Assembly: GCF_006345805.1 (NCBI RefSeq)
Contig: NW_021831824.1
Coordinates: forward strand, 1-64,000
From: Octopus sinensis
Lineage: Eukaryota
Direction: 5' to 3'
Length of the DNA: 64,000 nucleotides
Positions 39,597 through 52,423 of the stretch are shown here, one piece after another; the first letter of the stretch is position 1; the number at the start of each line of letters is the position of its first letter. Both the position numbers and the translations under genes were made by a program. The notes below the pieces were generated by a model that saw only the letters and a program-made list of their open reading frames with translations, searched no databases and was not told the DNA's origin.

Positions 39597-40117
39597 CACA
39601 CACATGCACCCACATATATATGTATATCTATATATAGATACGCATATGAGGTGTGAGAGAGATAGACGTAGTGTGGTGTATATGCAAGCATGTGTAAGAG
39701 TGTGTAGACTGGATAATTTTTTGATTTAATCTGAAAATATTAATCTCATCTGATGTTAGTAAACATCAAATCTCCGTCTTCAGTAATTCTATTAAATAGC
39801 TATTCCGGGTGGCGGTAGAGAAGAGGAGAGGAGAGGGAGATAATATTTATGTACTACATATCCTGGTAAAGTTTATGAAAGCGCAGATAGGAAGAGTTAA
39901 TTACTCTTGACATGTGCCAATTATGTTATCATTCTTCGTCATAAATATACGTTTCTATTTTCAATGGTTTATTCTGCCTCACTGCCAGCATTTCGAAGAC
40001 AGAGCAGAGATATTTAACGTATTAGCAGTAAGGAATGCTTAGAAGAATGTTTGTTTTACTTCAAAACTGCTATTTGTAATTTGTTCATGCTGTAATTGTT
40101 ATATTATTTACATGATC

Positions 40118-40513
40118 ATTTTGTTGTATTTCGGGAGGGTCATTATGTTATTAATTAACACACACACTGCCTCTGTTTCACTACTTTGTCTTTATTTGTC
40201 AATTGCTTCACTATTTAACCGTTTAATTATTCGATTGTTTGATTGATAGTTCGGTGAATCAATCAGATAAGTTTATCAAAGTCTTTTCGTTGCCGTACGC
40301 GCCATAGCCTCTGTAATCCACGTCTGCTTAGCTGACTAATTGGTTGATTGATTGATTGATTGATTGATTGAGTGATTGATTGACCGAGCGATTAGTCAAA
40401 TGATCGATTAGTTAATTGGTTAAATGGTTAGCCAATTGTCAAATAAATATATAGAAATGAAATAGAACCAATGCGTGTGTTTGACTTAATGACCCTCCCA
40501 AAATAAAACAAAA
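40118..40513. mobile_element. degenerate inverted-repeat element (MITE-like) with internal (TGAT)n
   Basis: ttttgttgtatttcgggagggtcatta versus taatgaccctcccaaaataaaacaaaa; arms extend loosely for ~100 bp. Confidence 0.55.
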
Positions 40514-40937
40514 TATGTTCTCAACCTACGAGTCAAGAATCATACAAGCCAAACACTAAAACGAGATATTCACATTGTTATTCTCATTATTTCACTAACT
40601 TTATATTATTATTTGGGTGCGTATGGCGATGCTACCTCACGTAAATGAGCCATTTCTCAACCTGCGTGTGTAGGCTGAGAGAGAGAGAGAGGCGCCTCAC
40701 TCTGGTATCCTTGATGGTAAGTGATCAAGAATTGGTGAGTTTCCTTGCTTACCTCTGAATGGTACTCCTTCTATTTTATTGTAATCAATTTTCTTGTGAA
40801 TTATTATTGTGTTGTTTAAACGAGTATATGCAAACCCCTACTGTTCTTCGTCTTCGTATTGTCCAGACTGCTTTTGCTGCCCTTGTGGTCAATAAATAAA
40901 TAGTATTATGATTATTGTTGCTACTGTTGTTGTTGTT

Positions 40938-41150
40938 GGCGAGCTGGAAGGATCGTTAGCACCCTAGGCGAAATGCTTAGCGGAACTTCGTCAGCCGTTA
41001 CATTCTGAGTTCAAACTACCCCGAGGTCGACTTTGCATGTCATATTTTCGGGGTCGATTAAATAACTACCAGTTACGCACTAGGGTTGATGTAATCGACC
41101 TAATCCCTTCCCCAAAATTTGAGGCCTTGTGCTTCCACTAGAAAGAATTA
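40938..41150 (+). mobile_element. SINE family A
   Basis: ggcgagctggaaggatcgttagcac...gaggtcgactttgc, followed by (CAT)n(TAT)n. Confidence 0.85.
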
Positions 41151-41170
41151 TCATCATCAACATCATCATG

Positions 41171-41229
<59 letters not shown>

Positions 41230-41319
41230 CTCAAATTTATAAGAGTCACAATTCTTATATTAATAGGGGTTTTAATACTTACGTTCATTTTTAACGACCA
41301 TGTATATATATATATATAT

Positions 41320-41434
<115 letters not shown>

Positions 41435-42534
41435 CATTTATATATATATATATATTCTGCTTACAGCGTGGCCAGATGTTAAGTCTCGTTACCTCTGCCG
41501 GAACTCTATAAGGTGATTTTATGAACATGAGAGAGGGAGAGAGATACGAGGAGAGACAGACTGTGGCGAGTGTATGTCACGTAAAGCTTTTGATTCATAG
41601 AGGCTGAAGACTTCGTCTTTGCACGGTGTCAATAACGATGTCTCTAAATTAAAGCCAGTGTCAAAACTAAACTGATCATATAGTTCCCCAACTGAACTAA
41701 TCCTTCCTCATAATTTTTATAAATTTAACATTACTGAAGCTGGCGAAATGCACCGCCATTACTGCCTGTTTACAATTATTTGGGTGGGCTGAACCAGCGA
41801 GAATTAAATTAGGAATCTTAGCAGTAGAATACCAACGGCGAAGAAAACTTTCTGCCAATAGTTTTAACATTATGTTGACCCAGCCAGCTGCGGCCTTCAA
41901 GTTGATGTGTCTTACACATTTACAATAAACTGCTGAGGTTCACACAGAAACGAGCGTAAAAGCATTGTATTCCATCACGGAGTTGTATTTTCTAGAGGTG
42001 GGAGAATTTTGAAGAATGCTAAGATGTTTATTTTTGTTACTGCTCTTCTTATAATTTCGTTCGTGATACAGTCTTGTGTGCTTACTGATCAAAAGAATTG
42101 TACGATCCCAGATGCGAAAAACAGTACACTACTTTGGGATGAATTTTTTTTATGGTGGAAAACAAAAAGAACGAGGAAGGAGCAAAAGCAGTTAATAGAC
42201 ATTTCAATTCAATTTTTTTTTACAAGGGATTAGCTAATGTTTAAACAAAAGAAGATTTATGACGATCGTCTATCACAAGGGATTAAGTAGGGTTCTTAAT
42301 AAAATGTGTGACTGTTCGTGATTTTTGTCCAGGCCGGGAGACTAATTCACAAGCAAACCCTGATGTTCGGTAGCTCTAGTGTGGATCGACGACAGAATAT
42401 TTCAGATTCCACAACTATTATGGCCATCTCCATCCCATCCCTAGCCCTTAATACTTCTTTTACAATTAAATTATTTCTTAAATGAAGATACCCATTTCGA
42501 ATTTCCCATCAGTTGGTGAAATAATATAGGCGCA

Positions 42535-42606
<72 letters not shown>

Positions 42607-42628
42607 AATCAATCTATCTGTATCTATC

Positions 42629-42659
<31 letters not shown>

Positions 42660-42662
42660 CTA

Positions 42663-42728
42663 TTTCGCGGATTTCACCTATCGCGAGGGATTTGGGAACT
42701 TAACACCTGCGATAGTTGAGGGATTATT
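42663..42728 (+). mobile_element. Tigger-like transposon right-end remnant
   Basis: ttcgcggatttcacctatcgcg...ggaacttaacacctgcgatagttgagggatta resembles Tigger-type subterminal/TIR sequence. Confidence 0.45.
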
Positions 42729-42906
42729 ATTATTTTATATATACTCTTTTTAGTCTTTTACTTGTTTCAGTCATTTTACTGTGGCCATGCTGAAGCACCC
42801 ACCGCCTTTAGTCGAGAAAATCGACCCCAGGACTTATTCTTTGTAAGCAAAGTAAACACACACCCATCGGTTGTCAAGCGATGTTGGGGGACACACACAC
42901 AAACAT

Positions 42907-42942
<36 letters not shown>

Positions 42943-42996
42943 ACAAACACACACAAACACAAACACACATACATAATCACGCGCACACACACACAA

Positions 42997-43046
<50 letters not shown>

Positions 43047-43049
43047 CGT

Positions 43050-43247
43050 TAATCCCTACACATCTTATTCTCTCTCTGTTTTTCTATTCTCTCTTCCTTT
43101 TTTCCCTCTCTTCCCTCTCGTCTGTCGAAGATCGTAGGCTCGAAATGTCAAAGACTTTTCCATTCTTCCCGAGTGTCAAACTAATACACTTGCTTGTTGT
43201 TCCCTCACCTGTCTTCGTCTTTTTGTTTTCTGTTAATTTGAACTATA
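43050..43247 (+). mobile_element. Penelope-like terminal fragment family P2
   Basis: CTGTCGA-a-GATC-gtag-GCTC-GAAATGTC at 43122-43149, then cacctgtcttcgtctttttg as in 13172-13378. Confidence 0.6.
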
Positions 43248-44419
43248 TGTATCTGGTGCTGAGTATTGACAAAGGGCTTGAAATGCATTTATCGGTCCCT
43301 ATGGGTCGCTCTGAAAATGACTGTTCGTGTTTCAACAGCTGTTGCCTAAAGCATGAATACTCTCTACTGCAAACTGCAACGAAAATATCATTTTACAGAT
43401 CAAAGATGTCCTAAACATATTCGAACTGGTTTAAAGCCGTGTTTATTCCACAACACTGTTTCACGTGCCTACTGAATAATCTGGTATTTAGTCTAAAGAG
43501 GTTTTATCCGAGGAGATGAATAAATGAAGCTGATCAAAAGCCGAACTATAGAAATAAATGCATAACGCTTCACTCTTTGGCGATACTGTAGCTCTAGTGT
43601 GGAACACCGACAGAATACTTTGGATTCCATCCCTACTATAACCTCCACCGCACCACTCATCCAACCAGCCCCATCCTACCATTTCCCTACTTCTTTGCAA
43701 ATTTAAACTATTTCATAAATTTATGTACTCGTTTCGTATTTCGCAAGCACCCTAGACATATTAAAATTAACAGCTATCCATCCCTCTCTCCCTCTTTCTC
43801 AGTGTTTATCACTCTCCCTTTTTTCTCCCTCCCTCTCTCTCTCTCTCTCTCACTCTGTCTCTGTCTCTCTCTTTCAGTATATATGTGTGTGCGTGTGTTA
43901 GTGGTGGTGGTGTCGTTGCTTGAATTTTTATGCCGTCATTGTTGATGTACTAGCTGTTGTTACTGTCGCTACCGTTCGGGGAAGCAGCAATGGGGTACCC
44001 TATAGATCTTTGGACTTTCAGCTGATTAGACTCTCACCCGTCCTGCAAGAAGATTCTAACCGTTAGAGCCTTCTCGCAAGACTGTAGTGAGGAGAATGAA
44101 ATTCAACCCACACTGCATCTGTCATTGAGTGTTGCCTCACACCTCTCCTTCCAATTCACTGGCAGCGGAAATCGACGCCATTTGTTTGGGGGGGTTTTTT
44201 AAAGTATTTTTCACAGTAAAATTTTGAAATTCTTTTCAAATTTATACCCCACAGGAACGAGAAACAAGCAAGTCCACCAACTCAGCTCTGTGTGGTTCTG
44301 GTTGGCTTAATAAATGTTATATAAAAATGTCTCGACAATTAATATCTTTTGAACATCTCAAGAAACCAACAAAATAACGAGCGATATAAAGGGCGTTTTT
44401 GCCGATAATAATAATAACC

Positions 44420-44600
44420 CTGGGGGAGGGATAACTCGATTACATCGACCCCAGTGTTTCACTGGTACTTAATTTATCGACTCCGAAAAGATGAAAGGCA
44501 AAGTGGACCTCGGCGGAATTTGAACTTGGAACGTAAAGACGGACGAAATGCTACTAAGCATTTCGTCCGGAGTGCTAACGATTCTGCCAGCTCGCTACCT
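44420..44600 (-). mobile_element. SINE family A
   Basis: actggtacttaatttatcgac...ctcggcggaatttgaac...ctgccagctcgc. Confidence 0.85.
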
Positions 44601-44645
44601 TAAAATTTTGTGCGGAGTGCTGTCGGCTCTGTCAGCTCTACGATC

Positions 44646-44737
<92 letters not shown>

Positions 44738-45034
44738 TGATGATAATAATAATGATAATAATAATAAATGCTCTCTAGTAATAATTATTATTATTATCAT
44801 TATTATCATTATTATAATTATTATTATTATGTTTTTTCCTTCTTTCTTCAAATTTTCATCCGTTTCTCGCCGAGTGTTTTCCATACACCTAGGGCAGAGA
44901 AGGGCATTGTATGCATTCTCAGATTACACGCGCAAATTCACAGATAAAATATGTATTTAAAAATTAATAAACAAATAAATTCATGGATGGATGTTATTTT
45001 CATTTATTATTATTATTATCATTATTATTATTAC

Positions 45035-45083
<49 letters not shown>

Positions 45084-45299
45084 GCATCACGCTTTATTCA
45101 AATTACTTTTGAAACAAACTTCTAATTTACTTATATTTTGACAGACATTCTCTAGAACAATATTCTGTGCAAAACCAAAAGTATAACACCCTTGTCATAA
45201 CACCAACTTGAACTTCTAAATTATTGTCTCTTGAGGTTTCTGGGTGAGACTTGGAGTCAACTTGTACAAATACATAGCAAAAGTCAAACATATAATGAG

Positions 45300-46655
45300 A
45301 AAATGTAAACAACTATGACGATTTGAAGTAGGAAATACGAAGGTTGTGGTCAATGAGGTGAGTAGACGTGATTCCAATAGCAATTGGTGCACTTGGAAGT
45401 ATCAGCACTAAACCACCAGCATGGCTGATTAAACGAATTGAAACGGAAAGTGTACTAGAATTCAACGAGATAATGGTGAAGGAAACGAAAGAGCAACTAA
45501 GGATGGAATATCTCCGAAGACTAAGATTGGTGTTGCGCTCAAAATTGACCGGATGAAATAAAATCCAAACATTTAATACGTGCGTGATAGCATCACTTCG
45601 GTTTAGAGCGGGAATTATAAAATGGCCAGAGAGAGAAGTGAGGAAAATGGATACCAAGACCAGAAAAGTATTGACAGTACACGGAGCCTTCCACTCTAAG
45701 AGTGGCACTGATAGATTGTATTTGTCCAGAAGAAAGAGTGGGAGAGGTCTGATCAGTTGCCAAGACTGTATTGAAGCAGAGGAAAACAGCTTAGGGTGGT
45801 AAACTAAAAATGCCGTGGAACCATTGTTTAAATATACGAAGAAGGCCGGCGTCATCAAAACTGAAAACTGTGTAATGAAAGAAAAATTTAAAGAAGAAAT
45901 AAGCTCAAAAAGGAAAAAAAGCATGGAAGCAAAAAATGTACGATCAGTTTGCAAGAGATGTGATCACCAAGACAAATACAGAGGACTGGTGGCTATGGAT
46001 GAGGAGCGACCTGAAGATACAGACAGAAGAACTCATATGCGCAGCTCAAGAACAAGCCTTATGAACCAAGTACGTGAAGTGCAGAATAGACAAAACTACC
46101 GAAAGCGACAAATGCAGATTGTGCAGTGAGAGGGGTGAAACGGTATGGCACATCGTTGTGGAGGTGCAATGGCAGCGGACTCGCGGTCATAGGATCGCGG
46201 TTTCGATTCCCGGACCGGGCGTTGTGAGTGTTTATTGAGCGAAAAAACCTAAAGCTCCACGAGGCTCCGGCAGGGATGATGGTGGTGATCCCTGCTGTAC
46301 TTTTTCACCACAACTTTCTCTCACTCTTACTTCCTGTTTCTGTTGTACCTGTATTTGAAGGGGCCGGCCTTGTCACTCTCTGTGTCACGCTGAATATCCC
46401 CGAGAACTACGTTAAGGGTACACGTGTCTGTGGAGTGCTCAGCCACTTACACGTTAATTTCACGAGCAGGCTGTTCCGTTGATTCGGATCAACCGGAACC
46501 CTCGTCGTCGTAACCGACGGAGTGCTTCCATCCATGGCACATCGTTAGAGAATGCCCGAAATTGGCACAACGTGAATACAAAAGATGCCATGACAACGTG
46601 GCAAGAACGATCCATTGGGAGATCTGTGGAAATCATGGCCTACAAAGAACAAAGA
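45300..46655 (+). mobile_element. decayed R4/Dong-clade (restriction-like endonuclease) non-LTR retrotransposon, interrupted by a SINE
   Basis: EYLRRLRLVLRSKL.G.NK, AGIIKW..MDTKTRKVLTVHGAFHSKSGTDRLYLSRRKSGRGL, ICAAQEQAL..CRLC..ETVWHIV..CPKLAQREYKRCHDNVA, and YDDLK.EIRRLW..VIPIAIGALG. Surrounded by (AAT)n tracts. Confidence 0.85.
46158..46533 (+). mobile_element. SINE family C (long-tail) with perfect 13-bp TSD
   Basis: TSD atggcacatcgtt at 46145-46157 and 46534-46546; it splits the LINE zinc-knuckle coding region. Confidence 0.93.
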
Positions 46656-46895
46656 CGTGGTAATTCTAACTGGGCCCCTCCTGCAAGGTCATGCGATATT
46701 TATATTGATATGAAATCACCATGTCGCGTACATAGGGGTTGTGATGCATGTGCTTGCTGTGGCCTTATCAGACGGGTAATCATGACAAGTATACTGGGCT
46801 CCATATAATTGTACCCCAATGTCATTTTTATGGCATGCACTGCTCTCTCACTCAATAATAATAATAGTAATAATAATAATAATTCCTACTATATA

Positions 46896-47281
46896 TCTCT
46901 CTCTCTATATAAACGGCAGTTTGTCTGTGTGCTTTTCTGTGTGTCTGTTTGGTTGTACCCTCACCCTGACCACGGCTTTCAACCGATTCTGATGAAACTT
47001 GACACACACGTAGCCCAATGTCATAATTCAAAACTAACGCAGCGAAAACTTTGAAAAGTTCCCCCAGTTCTGAAAAAAATCGATAAATTCGACATGGGGT
47101 CGAGAATCAGAAACCCAAACCACAGACTGTCTAGGGGACGCAACTCGACCTTTTTAACTCTCAAAAAAAATTTACCATCATTTTTTTTCCATTTTTTTGC
47201 TATTTTTTGGCTATAACTCTCTAAAAATGCTTTATAGTTATTTCCCTTACAAACCTGAGCAACGCCGGGCGATACTGCTAG
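46896..47281 (+). mobile_element. non-autonomous Helitron
   Basis: A|TC start, 3' hairpin cctgagcaacgccggg, CTAG|T end, no TSD. Confidence 0.8.
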
Positions 47282-47767
47282 TATATATATATATATATAT
47301 ATCCAGAAACCTTCTGTCTTTTTATCGTAGCTCAAACCGTTACTTCCAAGTCTTGTTTGGCCCCTGTTTTCCTAATACGTTCCACCCCAAATGTACTTTC
47401 TTTACTATAGAGTCTTGTATTCTCAGTAACTTTTACAAATATTTCTGTTTAAGTTCACTTCATTCGAAAGGTTGAAGCTGCCATCTTTTATGTAACACAT
47501 TTCTGTATAACAAATAATGTAATCTAACAAAGTCGGGTCATAAATATTCATTTATTGTGTAAAACTAAAGAAATTATAATGAATGGCCTTGTGAGCCTTC
47601 ATTGGACATGAATGAAAAATGTCGATTGGGGCGTTGCTTGCATATCTTATTCCACCACTGGGCAGCTTTGTCTCCTATATCACACACATTCACACAATGC
47701 ACACAAACACATACGCACACACATGCACTTCATGCACATACATAAGTGCACACACAATCACATAGGG

Positions 47768-47817
<50 letters not shown>

Positions 47818-48232
47818 TGTGTGTGCAAAAAAATCACCCATAACAGAATATTTATTTTAAGAAAGATATAGTTCTGTAACGTTGATATTTTAGCTTATAT
47901 GGATGAGAGACAAATCTCTCGTTGTGTCTTATCCATACTCCAGTTTATCGGAGTTTGGTAGCAGATTAAGATTAGTGCTGGTTCAAGTCCTTTGAGTGTT
48001 CGTAGTTTTAGCCCTTTAGCTTCAATTGTATGTTACAATTCTCTCCAATGACCTGGTACCAATAATTCCTGCAGTGATGTAAGCTACATCTATCTTCGTT
48101 TAACACGGATGTTTGGTTCCACAAAAACACCATGTTAAATGAATCAGTGATAACTTAATAATAGAACAATAACAGAATAAACGGTTTCGTTCCGAGACGC
48201 CATGTTCTTCCTGCTAACTAACTAAAATAACA

Positions 48233-48465
48233 CCTATTTCTTTATTACCCACAAGGGGCTGAACATAGAGAGGACAAACAAGGACAGACAAACGGATTAA
48301 ATCGATTATATCGACCCAGTGCATAACTAGTACTTAATTTATCGACCCCGAAAGGATAAAAGGCAAAGTCGACCTCGGAGGAATTTGAACTCAGAACGTA
48401 ACGGCAGTCGAAATACGACTATGCATTTCGCCCGGTGTGCTAACGCTTCTGCCAGCTCACCGCCT
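48233..48465 (-). mobile_element. SINE family A monomer with TSD
   Basis: TSD taactaaaataa at 48219-48230 and 48467-48478. Confidence 0.9.
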
Positions 48466-48580
48466 TTAACTAAAATAATACCACCAAACAGATAATGATA
48501 TTGTTTCATGTAGGGAATTAAAGTTAATAATGTATGATCAGTAAATGATTAAAAAGTAACTGAAAAATAATATAAGAAGC

Positions 48581-48958
48581 AGAATCTGTGTTGTATCGCA
48601 GACCCGTGTTATCGGAGAACAATTCGTGATAAGCGTAACATGGTTCGCAATTGAGCGTACCGTGTTATCTCAGATCAACGTTAACTGAATCAGTGATAAA
48701 CAAGAACAGATGTATAATAAAAAGGGATCTTTCTTCACATACAACGAAGAGGATACTGAAACAAATGAGTAATAAAATATACAGCTCATCAGACTACCGC
48801 AGTTAACATTTCTGTTTGAGCTGGTATATCTATTTCCATTTATTACAGATTCATTCATCAATAATTCCGGCATAACAAGGTACGTTAATTGCGAGCCGTG
48901 TTACGCTTATCACGAATTTATTTGTGATAACACGGGTCAGTGATCAGAAAAAGATTCT
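48581..48958. mobile_element. MITE-like element with ~90-bp imperfect TIRs
   Basis: gacccgtgttatc..aattcgtgataagcgtaacatggttcgcaatt..cgtacc is mirrored by ggtacg..aattgcgagccgtgttacgcttatcacgaatt..gataacacgggtc. Confidence 0.75.
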
Positions 48959-49304
48959 GTTTGAACCGAAAAAGCGCACCCCAACGACCGACCATCAGCA
49001 ATGCTCAGAGCACAAAACCTATTTTTCCTATAATTTCTTTTATCCATTTATCATTGACTCGTTTAACAATGTTCTATTATGATGTGGGGAAGAAGAGGAA
49101 TCCGTGACAAATGAGGGTAGATGTATTTTACCCCTGGAAGCTAAATTAACTGAGACGTCAACGAAACGCCTACAGTCGATTTGAACTCAGCCATTATTAC
49201 TAGAAATATCGCAGTCTATAAGACTAGACCACGATATTTCTAGCAATAATGGTTTCAAGTTTCAGCACAAGGCCAGTATTTTTAAGGGGATTAGTGGAAG
49301 TAGA

Positions 49305-49738
49305 GGATCTTTTGGTTTGAACGGCAGTTTTTTAAATAATTTCCACGTAACTAAACACTTTTAAACTTCGTATACTGGTAGAATGTGTTTATAAAACATC
49401 TTTTTCTCTTGGCTTTATTGAGAAAATTCTATAGTTTGTAAGATATTTGTTGTTGTTTTTTCTTCAATTTCTGCAAGTTCAACCAATCATTGATGTCTAT
49501 TGAGGTGAAAAACATTCTGTGCCGTATGAATATGTCCCTCGTCTAAGAAACAGATTGGGTTTATTTACATTTCTGAAGAAAAAACGATACCCTTCCCCCC
49601 ACCTCTAACCCTAACCCTAACTCTAACCCTAACCCTAAAACAGATTGAAATACAATAGATCGATACTAGGGTCTAAATTATGGGTGAAATTTCATATGAC
49701 ACCGCTAGAAAAAACTGCCGGTCAAACCGAAAAGATCC
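49305..49738. mobile_element. MITE with GG-starting ~28-bp TIRs and 8-bp TSD (Merlin-like), carrying (TAACCC)n
   Basis: TIRs ggatcttttggtttgaacggcagttttt / aaaaactgccggtcaaaccgaaaagatcc; TSD gaagtaga at 49297-49304 and 49739-49746. Inserted in an old family A SINE (49250-49870). Confidence 0.85.
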
Positions 49739-50490
49739 GAAGTAGATTACATAGATCCACTGCTCAACCGGCACGTATTTTATCAATCCCAAAAGGGGCA
49801 ACAATAAAGTCGACCTCGACAGAAAGTAAGCCCAGAATATAAAATGGCGGAAGGAATACCGCTTAACCTTTCGTATATCTCTAGCAACAATGACAGATAA
49901 TTCCCACACATTCTTCCTTTAATTCCAAAAACTTAAGGAGTTTTCCATTCCTTTAACTATATTTCATCCATTATATTTTTCTGACGAAATACGAAAAAAA
50001 AAATAGACACCGACTGCAAGCAAGAGTTGTGAACCACTTCAACTTTAATGAATCATCATTATCATGGGATCTAAAAATACACTGTCACTTATTTGTGAAT
50101 AGGAAACTATCGCAAACAAATAAACAAAAATAGACAAAACGACAAAAGAACGATGAAACAATTTATTCACGATATTTCCATAAGAATTAAGAATATGTTT
50201 GCGTGAGAAGAGAAGCTAACGTGAAGTTTACGCTCACTTGTATATTTACATATCAATGAAATTAAAATGACAGTTAGATTTTGTAAGGCGATCTTAGGAA
50301 AACGTTACTTTTCTAATGTATGCGGGGAATCGTGGGTGTATGCGAGTGTGTTGTGCTGTGTGCACATTATTGAAAACTTATATAAACGGCCATAAAGAAA
50401 GAGGATAGCAATAAACACATGTATATACTTACACACACACACACGCACACACACACACACGCACACACACACACGCACACACACACACAC

Positions 50491-50523
<33 letters not shown>

Positions 50524-50534
50524 TGATGATGATG

Positions 50535-50589
<55 letters not shown>

Positions 50590-50677
50590 TAATATGTAAT
50601 TTTCTAGATGGAAAATTTAATTTTTCATTATTAAATTGATAAAAGGTGGTTTTCTTCTTTCATATATATATATATAT

Positions 50678-50995
50678 AAATTTATATAAATAAGGATAAG
50701 ATCGTTATTTAAATATCGAACTTATCGAGTGGCTAGCGTGGGAATAAAAACCTTCAAAGGTAATAATTATTATTAAAATTATAATTTAGGGCATGTAAGA
50801 GATACCACCACGCTTGAAATAACAGCCAAAATTTGATTCTAAAACCACATTAAATGTTCATACATACCAGGAGAGAAGACAAAAAGACAAAATAAACTAG
50901 CAAAAAAAAAATCAATGGATAATTCCAGATCCCGGATTTCTGACTTTGCATAAGAAATGCTTTGCCTCATCAGTGGAATATACGCAGCACATAAA
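50678..50995 (-). mobile_element. Penelope-like terminal repeat family P1 with hammerhead
   Basis: Reverse complement is colinear with 1395-1603 joined to 1115-1218; flanked by TA/CA repeats. Confidence 0.7.
50922..50979 (-). ncRNA. type I hammerhead ribozyme motif
   Basis: Minus strand: AUUCCA-CUGAUGA-GGC aaa GCAU uucuu AUGC aaa GUC-a-GAAA-UCC-G-GGA-UC/UGGAAU. 6-bp stem I, AUC cleavage triplet, near-palindromic stem III. Confidence 0.7.
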
Positions 50996-51015
50996 TGCAC
51001 ACACTCACACACACA

Positions 51016-51087
<72 letters not shown>

Positions 51088-51325
51088 CGACGGGCTTCTT
51101 CCAGTTTCCGTTTACCAGATCTACTCGCAAAGCTTTGGTCGGCACGAAGCTATAGCAGAGAACACTTACCCAAGGTGGGACTGAACCGGAAATCATGTGG
51201 TTGGGAAGCGCCTTATGCACTTTATTGTGTTTTATTATGCGCGTGAACCCCCGGTCTGTGGAAAATTTGTCTTGTACGAAGCCGGTCGATGGAGCAAAAC
51301 AGTTTCAATCAGAAAGGAACTAGAT

Positions 51326-51980
51326 CAAGGACGTGCCGCCTAGATAGGCAAGGTAGGCAGTGCCTGCCTTGAATAAAAAGGATCGATAGCACCATTTTGC
51401 TATTATGGCAAAATATGCACTAATACAATAAAGTTATGAATCTTATTCTGATTACTATGCATAAAATGCAAAATATTTTATTCTTTTGTAGATCAGGTAA
51501 GCATAGTTCGCTTCTGCTTTTTTCAATCTCAGTATTTAAGCTACGCATAGTACTGCTGTAGTACACGTGCTGCGTACAGTTCTACAAAAACGTTTTCTTT
51601 ACGTTCTAGAAAGACAGAAGTAAATCTGCCTAAAAGGCGGCGAGCTGGTAGAAACGTTAGCACGACGGGTGAAATGCTTAGCGTTATTTCGTCTGCCGTT
51701 ACGTTCTGAGTTCGAATTCCGCCGGAGTCAACTTTACATTTCATCCTTTCGGGGTCGATAAATTAAGCACCAGTTACGCACTGGAGTCGATCTAATCGAC
51801 TTAATCCTTTTGTCCTTATTTGTCCTCTCTATGTTTAGCCCCTTGTGGGCAATAAAGAAATAAGAAATAAATCCGCCTTCAACTCAGTCGCGCCTCTATG
51901 TTTCGCTTATTTTTTGTGCGTTTTACTACATAAAGATCACCAACTGCCTACCCTGAGTAATTACTGACGGCACATGCCTG
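51326..51980. mobile_element. hAT-like MITE with nested SINE family A (51635-51866)
   Basis: Ends caaggacgtgccg...ggtaggcagt and actgcctacc...cggcacatgcctg. Flanks aactagat / atctagat (7/8 TSD match). The SINE has approximate TSD gaagtaaatctgcct / gaaataaatccgcct. Confidence 0.7.
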
Positions 51981-52423
51981 ATCTAGATATACTAATCTGC
52001 TTGCCGGTATTTTTGTTCCATTTTTTCATATTATTTAATCTGGAATGTTTCCCTCTGTTGATTTCCCTCTCGGTCTGGACAGGTATGTCCATGTCCCCTG
52101 ATGATTATAACCAAGTCGTTGTTATTTACCTTGTTTATAATCAATCCTCTGACATTTGTTTGTTTCAGTCATTGGACTGCGGCCATGCTAGACCACCGAC
52201 TTGAAGGGCTTTAGTCGAACGAATCAATCCCAGTACTTTCCGTTTTATGTCTAGTACTTATTCTATCCATCTCTTTTTTTACCGAACCGTTAATTTACGG
52301 GGACGTAACCACACCAACACCGATTATCAAGCGGTGGTGGGTGAGTGATAAATACAAACACACATACAGAAACATAACGGGTTTCACACAGTTTTCGCTT
52401 ACTAAATTCACTCTCAAAGCATA

